Shown: piece after piece, positions 40,416 through 52,718 of the stretch
Position numbering within the stretch: the first letter of the stretch is position 1
How the letters are laid out: each line of letters begins with the position of its first letter
DNA from: Adineta vaga
Taxonomy: Eukaryota > Animalia > Rotifera
Direction of reading: 5' to 3'
Assembly (NCBI GenBank): GCA_021613535.1
Contig: CP075497.1
Location: 10,044,001-10,108,000 of the forward strand
Length of the DNA stretch: 64,000 nt
Translations under genes and position numbers: made by a program
Notes under the pieces: model-generated
What the model saw: only the letters and a program-made list of their open reading frames with translations
Databases searched by the model: none
What the model was told of the DNA's origin: nothing

Positions 40416-41637
40416 ATGACAACAACAATCAATATATTATTGAACAATCTTCCAAGATCACCTTTGGTTTGATTTTAATTCTTTATTTTTCTTAGTTTTT
40501 CTTCAATTTTTCCATAGAAAATGACTGTTGATCATTTGAAACATTTTTTATTGAATGCAAAAAGTCAACGATGGATTATTTGTGAATGGTTTTATTCAGA
40601 TATAGACCGGTATTTCTATTCATTGATTTTTTTTCATGTCATGTTCACCCATTAATTAATGAGAGCATTCCGTTGAGATTATAGACAACTGATATGAAAT
40701 ATTGATGAGACTCAATATATTTCGATAACTAGATCAATGTCTTTCTATTTAAAATGAAAAATCGTCGACTATTCGACCTACAAGTATTGCTTCATTACCT
40801 CAATATCTTTCATTTTTTTAAAAGCGGATGACGAAAGAGTTTCTATACTGAGTAAATATTATTATCTGTGATTATTTTCTCATCGAACAGAGAAAAAAAC
40901 ATTTGTGAAACGATATAAAAAAATATATGCAGCATAATCATCACCTGTATAGTTCGAGAAAAAAAAGAAAGAGTTATGATAAATATTTATTAACCTTTAA
41001 TCACAGCTAAATGGGTTTCTATATCAAAGTATATTTTTTCTACTTAGACTATTGAAATACACTAAAGTGTATGTATTTTTTGGAGGTTTCGAGTGTATTG
41101 AAATAAATAATAAGTGACTTTTCGTTTCGAAAATCTCTTCATCATACTATCGTCGTCATACTAGGGAAAAAAAAGAATGCATACAGAAAAATAGAAATAT
41201 TTTATACTCGTTTTTTTCTGTTTTATTGTTTTCAAGGTGTTTATTGATGTCATCAATGGAATTTAATTCGACGTCGATTTGGTAAACCTCGAAGGTAAAA
41301 TCAACGATTGAATAACAAATATTTGCTATTCTTGTTTCTTTGTCAATAGACTATCAAGTGCCTATCTTGAGAATGAAAGAATTAAATTAAATAAACAACG
41401 AAATTTACTTCGAATTATACAAAATGAAACTAAAACACGTTATCAATCGGATAAAATCTTTTTAAATAATCTTCCATCACTGATCATTTCACCTTTGTAA
41501 CCGGGTACACGTGTCATTGGTAAGAAAAAAAAGAGCATTTATTTCATTTTCCAATCCTTGAATAGAATGAAAATTTGGTTTATATCGTGGACAATTTCTT
41601 TCTCGAAATGAAAACAATCATAAAGAATATCGAATTT
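40416..41637 (+). pseudogene. LIN9: LIN9 (MuvB/DREAM subunit) 5' fragment, DIRP and start of Tudor-like region
   Basis: KHFLLNAKSQRWIICEWFYSDIDR; QWNLIRRRFGKPRR|LSSAYLENERIKLNKQRNLLRIIQ; LPSLIISPL*PGTRVI; KFGLYRGQF..EYRI. In-frame stops near 41498 and 41568; truncated by MCM2 sequence. Confidence 0.82.
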
Positions 41638-42334
41638 CCAATTCCACAGGAAATCTTTAAAAAATATTTAATCTATGCTAAAAGACGTATTCATCCACGT
41701 ATGACATCCGTTGATCAAGAAAAAATCGCTCAATTATATGCTAAATTACGTCAAGAATCATTAGTTACTGGTAGTGTACCAGTCACTGTTCGACAAATTG
41801 AATCGATGGTTCGTATTGCTGAGTCACATGCTCGAATGCATTTACGTGATTTTGTCAATGATGATGATGATATCAATGTTGCTATTCAAATTGTTCTTCA
41901 AAGTTTTATTGATGCACAAAAATATGGTATTATGCGAACAATGAAAAAAGTAAGATTGATTTTTGAAAGAGATAGAAGAAAGCATACTTTTCAATGAAAA
42001 TTATAGGTGTTGCAACGTTATTTAACATACAAGAAAGATAACAATGAATTTTTGTTATTTTTATTAAAACAATTATTTCAAGAAAATTTAGCATTTCAAC
42101 GCAATCGTTATGGTGCTGATCGTGTTGCACCAGCTGGATCGGTGATTAAAATTTCAAAAGAAGATCTCAAGAGTCGAGTATGTTTCTTTATTTCATTATT
42201 TATCTTGCATAATCATCGTTTTGTTATAGGCACGTCAATATAGTGTATTAGGTTTGAAACAATTCTATGAATCACCCTTATTTCGTTCACGTGAATTAAA
42301 ATATGAAGATAAATTTATTACACAAGTTCTTTAA
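41638..42334 (+). pseudogene. MCM2: MCM2 3' fragment, copy 2 (introns retained)
   Basis: PIPQEIFKKYLIYAKRRIHPRM..DQEKIAQLYAKLRQES..VRQIESMVRIAESHARMHL..DNNEFLLFLLKQL; begins mid-exon directly after LIN9 sequence. Confidence 0.9.
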
Positions 42335-42478
42335 ATATCAAATGAATACTATTAGATAAACAAATAAAATAATTCTCTATTTTTGTTATCATTCCTATAT
42401 TTTTCTGTACTTTTTCTTATGTTAAATGAAAATAAAATTTGTGCAAGTTCCTGTCGATCGTAAAACAAAAATATTTAG

Positions 42479-42751
42479 TCAAAAAATGTAATGGCATTGC
42501 ATTAATACGCTGCTGTGCCACGTAAGAACTTTTCCCAGAATATCTGCGTAACTATGTGATGTGCCATAATAAACATTAGTACAGAGAGTGTATTTTTGGA
42601 AGAAATATGCAAACCTCACGCTTATAAACCCACAATCATACATATCAATTGCAACCAGAACAAAGAGAATCAAAGCAAGCAATTTTAATAAATCTTTCAG
42701 AACATGATTATATTTTCCGACGATAAAAAATGCTTCAAATATGATATACAA
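42479..42751 (-). pseudogene. Truncated paralog fragment of the 33368-34000 membrane protein
   Basis: YIIFEAFFIVGKYNHVLKDLLKLLALILFVLVAIDMYD versus YIIFEVCSIVGKYSHLLRCLLHLLIFILFVLVAIGAYD. Confidence 0.7.
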
Positions 42752-43298
42752 TAGTGGCCCAAAATATAAGACCGCTTTGTTTTTGAAATTTTTTAATCAA
42801 GGCGAGTGCTCAGGTGAAAGCCAAATAGAGATTCTAATAGCTCTTAATATTCTTGAGTTTCATAAACATTTAGAATTCATTAAACACACTGCAATTTGTT
42901 AAAATACTTTTGTTTTGTTTGACTATAGATACCAAGAGGGTATTATGTCTATATCGTGTCAGAATTCCAAAATCCTCAAGAGTTTAAACTTAGCAAAGTG
43001 TCAATACTGTTTGAAACAAACACTAAAATAGATAAAACGTGTAAAAATCTAGTATTATAAATTAGTTTAATTTATCCTTTTATGGAATTGTTTTCACTCA
43101 TCTCCTTGTAAATAAAATTCTCTTGTTTTTGTATGACATCTATATTTAATATTCAACTTGACTGTCTACAAGTACTATGATATACCAGTAGTTCTTTTTC
43201 TATTCTGTACATTCATTCATTTTCATTCACCTAAACCTACCTTCAATTTCAATTTCAAAGTCAAAAGTATCTTATTCAAAGATATAATCTATATTAAT

Positions 43299-43838
43299 AT
43301 GGGTTACTCTTTATGGCTTTTACCACCAAAAAATTCAAAAATCATCACATCTCTTATTTCAACTATAGAATCTCTCGGCTGTTCATTTGCTCCACATGTT
43401 ACTATTGTTTCGAAAATTCCACTATCAACATCGATCGATGATATAAAATCAGTACTTACTACATATTTCTCTGGACATTCTTTACCAGAAGTTTATATCA
43501 AAACTTTAGATACAGGATCAGAATTTTTTAAACGAATATTTCTACGATGTCAAAAGACTGATTCACTTGTTTCACTTGCACGATTTTCAAATCAAACATT
43601 TGCTAATAACAATGAAAATGTCGATAAATGGATAGAACATTATGATCCTCATATTTCATTGATATATGCTGAAGAAAAAGATTGCAATGACAAAGAATTA
43701 ATCAATCGAATTGATCATTCAACATTAATTGATAAAATATGGCAAGGTGGAAAAATTCAATTAGTTGATACAAGTGGAACATTATCTGAATGGAAGACAG
43801 TATTAGATTTTGATATTCCAAATAGTATATCGTCATAA
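43299..43838 (+). CDS. 2H-phosphoesterase, fungal/plant-type cyclic phosphodiesterase (CPDase, Cpd1-like), intronless, 179 aa
   Basis: Starts MGYSLWLLPP; two catalytic HxT/S motifs FAPHVTI and YDPHISLIYA; FFKRIFL and LVDTSG..SEW motifs typical of CPDases. Confidence 0.85.
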   Translation: MGYSLWLLPPKNSKIITSLISTIESLGCSFAPHVTIVSKIPLSTSIDDIKSVLTTYFSGHSLPEVYIKTLDTGSEFFKRIFLRCQKTDSLVSLARFSNQTFANNNENVDKWIEHYDPHISLIYAEEKDCNDKELINRIDHSTLIDKIWQGGKIQLVDTSGTLSEWKTVLDFDIPNSISS

Positions 43839-44504
43839 ATTCTTATAATATATTTTCAATAAACATTGTCATCTAAGTTTCTTTTATTTATTTACATAGT
43901 TATAAGACGAGCTTGATCATCAGTTCTACATTTCATTTTTTTTCCATTGTACTTTTTTCATCTGAAGATGTGAGCAATATGAATTACTTATCTCACTTAA
44001 TTAATGGAATTCTAATTGTTACTGAATAAAAGACTTATTTATTAATTAACATAATGAACCAGTATTATAATAAGTGTGAATTCAATAGAACATTATCTCT
44101 TTCAATGTAAACTACATTTAATGTTTTGCATAAAGAATTTCATCTGAAAATATCAATATTAATATTTTTCTATGTGTGATATTATCGAATGAAAGGTTGT
44201 TCCATAATTCATCATATTCTGACTTATAATTCAGTCTTAACCTATTCTCTCCTAAAGCATAATCTCCTCTCGAATTTCATTTGAATATGTTGATGAGACA
44301 TCCCCATTAATTTATTTGGGATGAAGAATCACATATGTTTTTATTCTGAAATAGAACTGACTCTTATTTCATCGTACGTAGTAATGGATATTTGAATGTA
44401 CAGTATCTGATCCTATTGATATGTCATTTTTAGCATATAAACATCCCAGTATATTGAATGAAAATGATTCTCAGGAATTCGAAAGGTTATCTTTCATTTT
44501 GAGG

Positions 44505-45927
44505 TATGATTTTGGAACGAGCAAGAACCAGAAATGACGATGGAGTAAATCAAGCAAAATTACCCATCTTTACAGATATCAAAATCTTTGTTGATAAATT
44601 ACTAATAGAATATCAAACGAGTCAAAACATAGAATACAAATTAAAGCGCACTTCTATGACTTGTGTACCGTACCATAATGATCCATTATATAGTAAGACG
44701 AAAGCATAGATAAACAAACATAAGTGATTGATCATTTTTATTATAAATAGCACTAGGATTTATAAGCAAAATTAGTCTAATGATTATTGGTGTTTTTCTC
44801 ATGCCGTATGTTAGATATTTAATTATTTTTAAAGTAAATTGTTGAATACTTTTCAGATATATACTTCTTCTAACTACTTTAAACGTTTTTCAACACGCAA
44901 TGTTCTTGCTGTAAACCATTTGACTTTCGGTGCAAAACGTAGTGAAGCATTCGGTTTACTTGGTTATAATGTAAGACTAACAAACATTCAACGAACTATT
45001 CTTTTATTTTCTGATGTGATAGGGTGCTGGAAAAACAACAACATTTCGAATTCTTGTTGGTGATGAAACTGCCACACATGGAACTGCTTATATCGATGGA
45101 CAAAATGTTAGTCGTCATCTTCGATCATTGCGTCATCTTGGTTATTGTCCACAACAAGATTGTCAAATGGATTTCTTAACAGTTCGAGATGGTTTATATC
45201 TATTAGCAAGAATTCGTGCTGTACCTTTTTCACGAATTCACTCTATGGTACAAACGATTAGTTCATTATTTTTACTTGATCAATTTCTTAACAATTATAT
45301 TCATCAACTAAGTGGAGGAACAAAACGAAGATTACATGCTGCACTTGCATTGATTGGTAGACAAAGATTCGATTATTTACTGATTGAATCTCTTTTTCAT
45401 CTTCTTTAGGACCACCTTTGGTTGCTATTCTTGATGAACCAACGACAGGTGTCGATCCAAATGCTCGTCAACAGATGCAAGAAATCTTTTTGAATGCTGT
45501 CAAAGCAAAATTAACAATAATTTTGACAAGTCATTCTATGGATGAACGGTAAGATAGAATATTTAGTGAACGTGTCTGTAATCGCCTTGGTATTATAACG
45601 GATGGTCAACTAGCTTGTCTAGGTACAATTCAACATTTGAAATCGAAATTTGGTCGTGGTCATACACTTGAAATTAAAACATATATAGATCGTAATGATA
45701 CCGCTGATGAAAAAATGAAAAGAATTCAATCATTTTTATTATCTCAAACACACTATAATGTTCAAATGAAGGAAATCACAGAATCTACTGGTATCTTTCA
45801 AATAGGAAAAGGTGTACCTGCTGATTTATTTGAACTTATTGAACAAAATAAAAAATAATTTAATATTGAAACTTGTACAATAACGCAAACAACACTTGAG
45901 CAAATATTTTTATCATTAGAAAAATAA
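44505..45927 (+). pseudogene. ABCA-subfamily transporter remnant (extracellular-domain-like fragment plus C-terminal NBD)
   Basis: AVNHLTFG..EAFGLLGYN|GAGKTTTF, GYCPQ, LSGGTKRRL, LDEPTTGVDP, LTSHSMDE, QTTLEQIF. No TM exons; premature TAA at 45856-45858; collapsed 18-nt intron at 45549-45566. Confidence 0.82.
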
Positions 45928-48342
45928 ATATGGACGATTTTATTCGAATAAACAACGTTGTGCCATCAATCTTACACAGTAAACCTTTTCAATAATAATT
46001 TTTGATGTTTGTTTTTTCTTGAAATCTTTCATTACTTATTAGTTAGTTCGAACAATTATTTTTACATATGACGATAAGCAATGATGAAATAATAAAGATC
46101 TAACGATAAATATATAAAGATGACTTCCATTCGAATGATCATCAATCAATTTATCATTAATCACTGATGAGAATAATGACATTGGTCGTTTTGCACACGG
46201 TATGACCCATTACTCTCATATGTCAACTGGCATTCTTTCATATTATGACATAATAAACATTTGATGGAGTCTTTCTTTCTCTCTGTTCTTCTTGTATATG
46301 CAGAGATAAAAGGTCTTCTCTTCTTCGGGAACAAATGTACATGTGTTCAGTTTAGCAATAGGATGTCGAAGGAATGACATTTGTTATTTAATGTAATTAT
46401 CCATTCATTTGTGCATCAACTGTTCAATTCACAAATCTGTCATACTAATCAATAGATTAAGATTTTGATATCTAATAAAGCATGTTAAGACTTAGTTTTC
46501 ATCCTTGAAAGAAACAAAATAATGACAAATGAAATGTAGATATCTTGAAAAAAAAATCTGACATTTCTTCATGTTAAATAATATCATCATTTAATCACGT
46601 AAAGGATTATAAGAAGATAAAACTTCAGTTTCAAACTTGTTACATCGATAGAAAAGATTAAAATGAATGTGATAAATATCGTCTAATTTAAAGAGCATTT
46701 TGTTATTTGAATTAAAAATACACACACATACATTTTCTATCGGAAATGTACAAAAAAAAACAAAATGATCGATTACTTAATTATAGGCTGCGTTTGTAAC
46801 ACATTTCATAGAACTATTTATAGTAATCATATGTTCATTATTTTCTCATGATAGTTTTTTTTTGTCAGAGAATATTTGTTTATAAATGAGTGCAATATTT
46901 TATCTTAATGATTTTTCAATTCGAGAAATAAATCAAATCGTTATGTAAATATTAGATCATTCGATTTCCAAAGATTCATGCTGTTTATCAAGAGACAACA
47001 ATGAAATCTTAAGTGATGCATTTCGAATTGTTCTCGTTAGTGTACTTTATCGAATATTCTAAACTGAACATCTGTCGTTTTTCTCCTTCGATAGTTCATG
47101 GTGTGTTATGTGTATTTAGGTTTCTTTTCTTATTCTCATCGAAGATAAATGTACATAATAATGGTGATGGTTTGATGCCCTTTAGTCATTTTTTAGGAAG
47201 TAAAGAAAAGCGATTCTTTTCTTTTGAAAGAATAAAAGTTTAGAACTATATCGTTCATTAAACACAACAATTTAAATGTTAATTAACATATTGGCTTGAA
47301 TATGTTCAAGGCATGAAAAAAGTTATAAAGTGCCAAGAAATCATTTAGATGTATTGGATATAACCAGTTGACAAAAGAAAAGAAATATATATAAATATTC
47401 TAGTGAACAATAGAAGCAAGCATCATGCTTCAACAACTGATCAATCAATCAATCATCAATTGATGATGAGAATGATGACATTGAATGACTTGCATAGGAC
47501 GACCCATTAGTTTCATATGCCGACTGGCATTCGTTCATATTATGACATAATGTGTAGCTGATCGGGTCTTTTCTTCCTTTTTTGCTCGATATGTATGTGT
47601 AAGGATAAAATGATTGAGCTGTTTGAGCCATGCATACGTGCGTATAGTTGACACGCCGATGCTCCAAGGTCTGTTTATCACATACGCAATCAGTTCGAGC
47701 ATGATGATGTGAATAGCAGCAGTAGTATCGAGGTTAGATTAACACATCTCGCTTTTCTCATGGTCCGTTTTATCTTGTATAATACTTGTTTGTTTTATCA
47801 TACCGGACAATTACTTTCTCTCTTTCTCACCCCCTCAGTTCTGATAATAAACTGCTTTACTAGGTTCTTTTTCTTTTTCTCTCCCCTTCTGTGTTCATCA
47901 TTACATCATGCTTGCCTGCACTTCTTTTCTTTTTGTTGCTCTATATTAAGGGCAAACGATTTCAACTAGCAATAACTGAACCATACAGCAGCACCACCAT
48001 TCACTGTATATCGATTACGGATAAAGACGAATACATATAAGAAAGAAAAGACTTCTTCTATTGTTGTTCATATATATATATACATATATATGTTGATCTT
48101 TCGCAACAAATCTTTGACAGACCTGATCATTGCCATCAGATATATATCAATCGAATTCATACATATGCACCTTATATGCCTATATAGAGAAAGATAGAGA
48201 CAAAGAAATTGATAAATATGATGTTTCTTTAAACGTTGATAATCCTTGACATTCCATGTGAACACACACACGCACACACACACACAAACATATGTAAAGC
48301 TCACAAATGGGTGTTAAAGAATAGATTGTGATTGAGGTCAAT

Positions 48343-49236
48343 TCACACGTCAGTTACAGCTCCACTGTCTGTTGTCGAACCAGCTGTACTTGACTTCAAA
48401 TTATCATAAGCTTCATCGCCCGGAAATGGTTCATGCTTTTGTTGTTGATCTCTTTGATGAGTAAAGAATCTTCTCTTATTTAAAAATGTAATATGTTTAT
48501 ATAGAAATAGACCAATAACCATTAAGACAATAAGAATAAATGTAAATACGAGAAGTATGATGACAGTTCGAAGTATATCACTGAATAGTGAACGTTGCTG
48601 TTGAATAATAACGGGCTTTTCAAGATCGCTGAATGGGGGTCGTTTACCACTAAGATATTGTTTAAGAAGAAATTCTTTCCATGCACGTTCATCATGTGTT
48701 ATATCATATAATGTTGGTAATGAATCATTGAAAAGATCTGGTGGAGATTCAATATTAATTTTTGCTGAAAAAAGAACAATATTTTGATCATCGTCTTCTT
48801 TCGTTTTATTCTTATGTTTCATATCAAATCGATTGGAAGCAAGTAATGTTGATTTAGGTTCATATAAAAGACAATCATAATCAATAATTAAATGTTGAGA
48901 ATAATTCATATCTTTTGTTATTTTTGAACATGTAGCAGAGTCCATACGAATACATTTGATGGATATAGAACATGTTCGATGATTATTACAAGCAAGATAA
49001 TGTTTATTAAGTCGTCGTTGACATGCACTAGGTGCACAACCATTACCCGTATAAAATATGACTGTACGTAATTTAATCACAAAATTTAATGGACATGATA
49101 ATAGACGCATACTAGATGTTGTATTTTCTATCTTCTCATCAGAACAACATGTTTCAAATTTATAAGACCATGCTGGTAAAATAAGAATAGAGAGAAGAAC
49201 AATGGGAAGTAAAGATGAATGAACTAGAACCATCAT
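48343..49236 (-). CDS. Type I single-pass membrane protein with signal peptide and SUEL/Gal_lectin-like Cys domain
   Basis: Signal MMVLVHSSLLPIVLLSILILPAWS; LSCP..VIKL..FY..C..C..ACNNHRTCSI..C..LIIDYDC; TM TVIILLVFTFILIVLMVIGLFLY; tail ending AVTDV. Confidence 0.72.
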   Translation of the reverse strand: MMVLVHSSLLPIVLLSILILPAWSYKFETCCSDEKIENTTSSMRLLSCPLNFVIKLRTVIFYTGNGCAPSACQRRLNKHYLACNNHRTCSISIKCIRMDSATCSKITKDMNYSQHLIIDYDCLLYEPKSTLLASNRFDMKHKNKTKEDDDQNIVLFSAKINIESPPDLFNDSLPTLYDITHDERAWKEFLLKQYLSGKRPPFSDLEKPVIIQQQRSLFSDILRTVIILLVFTFILIVLMVIGLFLYKHITFLNKRRFFTHQRDQQQKHEPFPGDEAYDNLKSSTAGSTTDSGAVTDV

Positions 49237-49728
49237 TATCTTGTTTGGAAAAAGTATTTTTGAAGAAATATAACTAACATCTAAAAAATGCTGAGAAGAT
49301 GAATATCGTATTATTGTTTTTTTTCTCACCTATATAGGTGTATATAATACTGAGAACTATTTTATATAAGAGTGTTACTTTGTAAATAGAATACGTACGT
49401 GCAACTATTGAAATGTATAAGACTTTTTCACTTCCATTCTTTTATTCTTTTTGTATATGTATATATACATATTTATTTGAATTCATTCGAGTGTTTATCC
49501 GCTATAAGTGTTCGCATAACTCTTTTGCATTTCATCAACTGAACGATTGATGGGGATCAGCGTTCTGTTCTCTCTTGTCATGAACTGTAGCAAATACAAT
49601 TGCATTTTTCTTTTTTTCTCTTTCTCTTTCTCCCTCTTTCTCTCTCTTCTTTTTTTTCCTGGTACAGCATACATATAGTAACGACAACAATACCAGTTGC
49701 AGTGCATCCAAAGATTAAATGATCTCGC

Positions 49729-49750
49729 CTCTCTCTCTCTCTCTCTCTCT
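49729..49750. repeat. (CT)n microsatellite
   Basis: ctctctct... run. Confidence 0.85.
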
Positions 49751-50732
49751 TCCTCTTTTTTTCACTTCTTCTCCTGTTGTTATGTGAGTTATTGATAGGT
49801 ATATATACAAACTCTATGGATGATGAAGCTTTCTTTCTTGCTTATATGAACAGCACGATTATGTGTCTGACAAGGCTTTATTCTTATACAATATAAAGCA
49901 TATTTCTGATGGTCGTCCAAGGTTAAGACCATGAGCATGCGTTTATCCTTGCAAAATCATCGATTATGCACCTCTATGAATAATATGCATAAAAAGAAAG
50001 GGAGAGAAAGAAATGTTCAATCAACTTCATCATTGAGATGAAACGTTGTTAAATTTGGAAAGTAATCACTGTTCTTGTTATACATCTATGTATATTATAC
50101 CCTCGGGTTGCATCAAATAACAGAGTGACATGCACAGATGTGTCTCCTAACAAACATTCTACAGTTGTAATAACCTATCATGTCAAAGTGATGATTCTCT
50201 GTTGTGTTGTGTTGTGAATGTATGTATGAATGAATGAATGACATTAACTTTTTTTTCTTCTAATGTGACGAATTCAATAGTCAGAGAGAGAAAAAAACAA
50301 TCATCATCGAATGAACAATATAAGAAAAGTACTTCTAACGAGTTGTCTTCAAATGTCTCTTTTGATCGCTTCATAAAACTAATATAGATAACCATTGGAG
50401 ACTATCCATAATCGCATCATCATGATCAAATTAGATCAGAATAGAACACAATCTAATCTTTTCGAATCATACTAGAAAAGGAAGTAACTATTTCTTACGT
50501 CATTTGAATTTCTGAGAAATTTAAATTAAGATTTCCTCTATGTCTATTACAGTGAATAAGATTACAAGTCATTATTGTTATATTTACTTTAGAAAGAGAG
50601 CAGTTTCTAGTATGCCACGTGTTCTTTATTCATATTTATCAAAGGATTTTGATATATTGTTGTGAAATTACAAAAGAAGAAAGAAAAAAACATAATATTC
50701 GCCCTCATTTTGTTATTCTTGTGAATCAAATC

Positions 50733-52521
50733 ATGTCATCAATGCGTCTAAAGATCCAGATCAATGATAATCAATCACATACTTTTCGTAAATCTTCATC
50801 ATCATCTCCATTAAAATTTATCTACATTCTTAATTCACCATCGACAACAACTATTGATGAACTTATTCATCTACTTGAAAATTATCTGATCAGACAATTT
50901 TCTATGAAAAATATTCGTATAGTTCATTTGATGACCGATGATGGATATCTACTCTCGAATGATTATATCTGTGCAACAGTATTCAGCGATAATGATCGAA
51001 TTATTTGTTATGATATGGAACAATTTGTAAAGGAGAATTATCCAACATTAGTTCTCGAAGATTTATGGTGTGAAATCAAACAACATGATGCAAGTGATAA
51101 TGTCGAAAAACAAATTCAAGTTGGCTTGAATAAACTGGAAAAATTATTCATACGAATCTATGGATCGTCAACAGATTATGGACTTTATTTGTTCAATGTA
51201 TTTGAATTAATTCAAATTGCAACAATGAAAAAACAGCAAAGTACATTGTTTTTTTTTTCTTTTGTAATAAATTATTAGTTTTCCTATAGAACAAATGATT
51301 GCTCGATTTGATCATTCAAATTGGTTTATCGAAGCAAAGTGGGAATATGATGCTGTTTCCAACAATGTTTTATTTTTAATATGTAGTTTAAAAATTGGTT
51401 CCAATGAACAGATTTGGTCGAATAAACTACGCCTTTTACTTAATGAGCCACGAATGTGTATTGAAAAAGATGAATTAATTTCTTTAATCAAACCTGAAAA
51501 TGACAATGATATTTTAACTGATCAACAACGTGAACATCTAAAAGAATTAGCCTCGAAAATTCCGCCACCAAAACGTACAGGTCCAGAAATTGATGTCGAT
51601 CGAGACGTAAATAAAATATTAACGAAACATGAATGTGAAGGAGATTCATCAATTCGAATGGCATATGGCAGTACAAATACTGTCACAACATATCAAGATA
51701 TGTGGAAATCTAAAGATGGAACTTTTCGTCAACATTTTATTATTACACATATCAATTTTTTGAAAAAAACGAACGAAAATTCCACGTCTCCTGAGAAGCC
51801 TCTCACAGTAACTAAATTAGATATTCTGTACGAAGGAAATGATGGATCATGGTGTGAATGTGAAGATATTGCTATTGCACCGATTGCATTACGAAATGAA
51901 GAACCAAGATGGTTAGCTGATTCAGTCATTCAGATTGAATCTGATAAATTAATATCTATAGCGTTGAAAGGTTCGGTATGTGTGAATGGTAAACCTGGTC
52001 GAGATAATAGTACACGAAAACGAATACACAAGAATTTACCACAACCATTTAAACTTAAAATAGTTATACAAGATAATTTTAATAAGCAATCATCATTAAT
52101 TGTTGAACAATTGAATAAACCACTCGAGTATGATACTGCCGAATCGTTTCTTAAGTACAATCAATCATCAATTCAGAATCTTGTAGCATTTGTTTATGCA
52201 GATGATTGTGAATATGACGAACGTATATTCATAGCTATTTATATTGATAATGAACATCACCTTGTCATTAAATCTGGACATTCTTATTCGATATCTCTCG
52301 ATAAAAAAGCGATTCGAACTATGGAATACAATGCAAAACAAACAAATACAACCGAAGTATCATTTGATTCGATTTATTATCAATATGAAACACAAGAAAA
52401 GAAAGCAATAGCTCTTTTTGATTCTCAAACATTTATGTTATATGCTGTTCGTTTAGAAATTTCAACAAAAACATCGAAAACTGAACAAACAATTCTTTTA
52501 CCATTAGAAGAAATCAAATAA
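50733..52521 (+). CDS. Uncharacterised ~579-aa protein, 2 exons, possible N-terminal ubiquitin-like fold
   Basis: Exons 50733-51240 and 51290-52521 join in frame (49-nt GT-AG intron). N-terminus RLKIQI..KFIYIL..TTIDELI..L..IVHLMTDDGYLL..VFSDNDRIIC has beta-grasp-like patterning. Confidence 0.75.
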
Positions 52522-52718
52522 GTAGTGCTTGACTAACGAATGTTTTTTCTGTGTAAAACTTTCTGTATGAATCATTTGATTTTGATTTGTTCTTCGAAAT
52601 AAATCCTGAAAATGTTCTACAATATTGTTACATCAATAAAACACTTGAGAACGAAAGAGAACAGAAAAACAACATGTTCGGTAGTCAGTCGTACGCAATT
52701 CTATGAATTTGAATTTTC

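Noticed and set aside
41575-41997. 140-aa ORF as a functional mini-MCM protein
   Set aside because: Starts at a non-ATG codon in out-of-frame LIN9 sequence and lacks the ATPase motifs; treated as part of the pseudogene.
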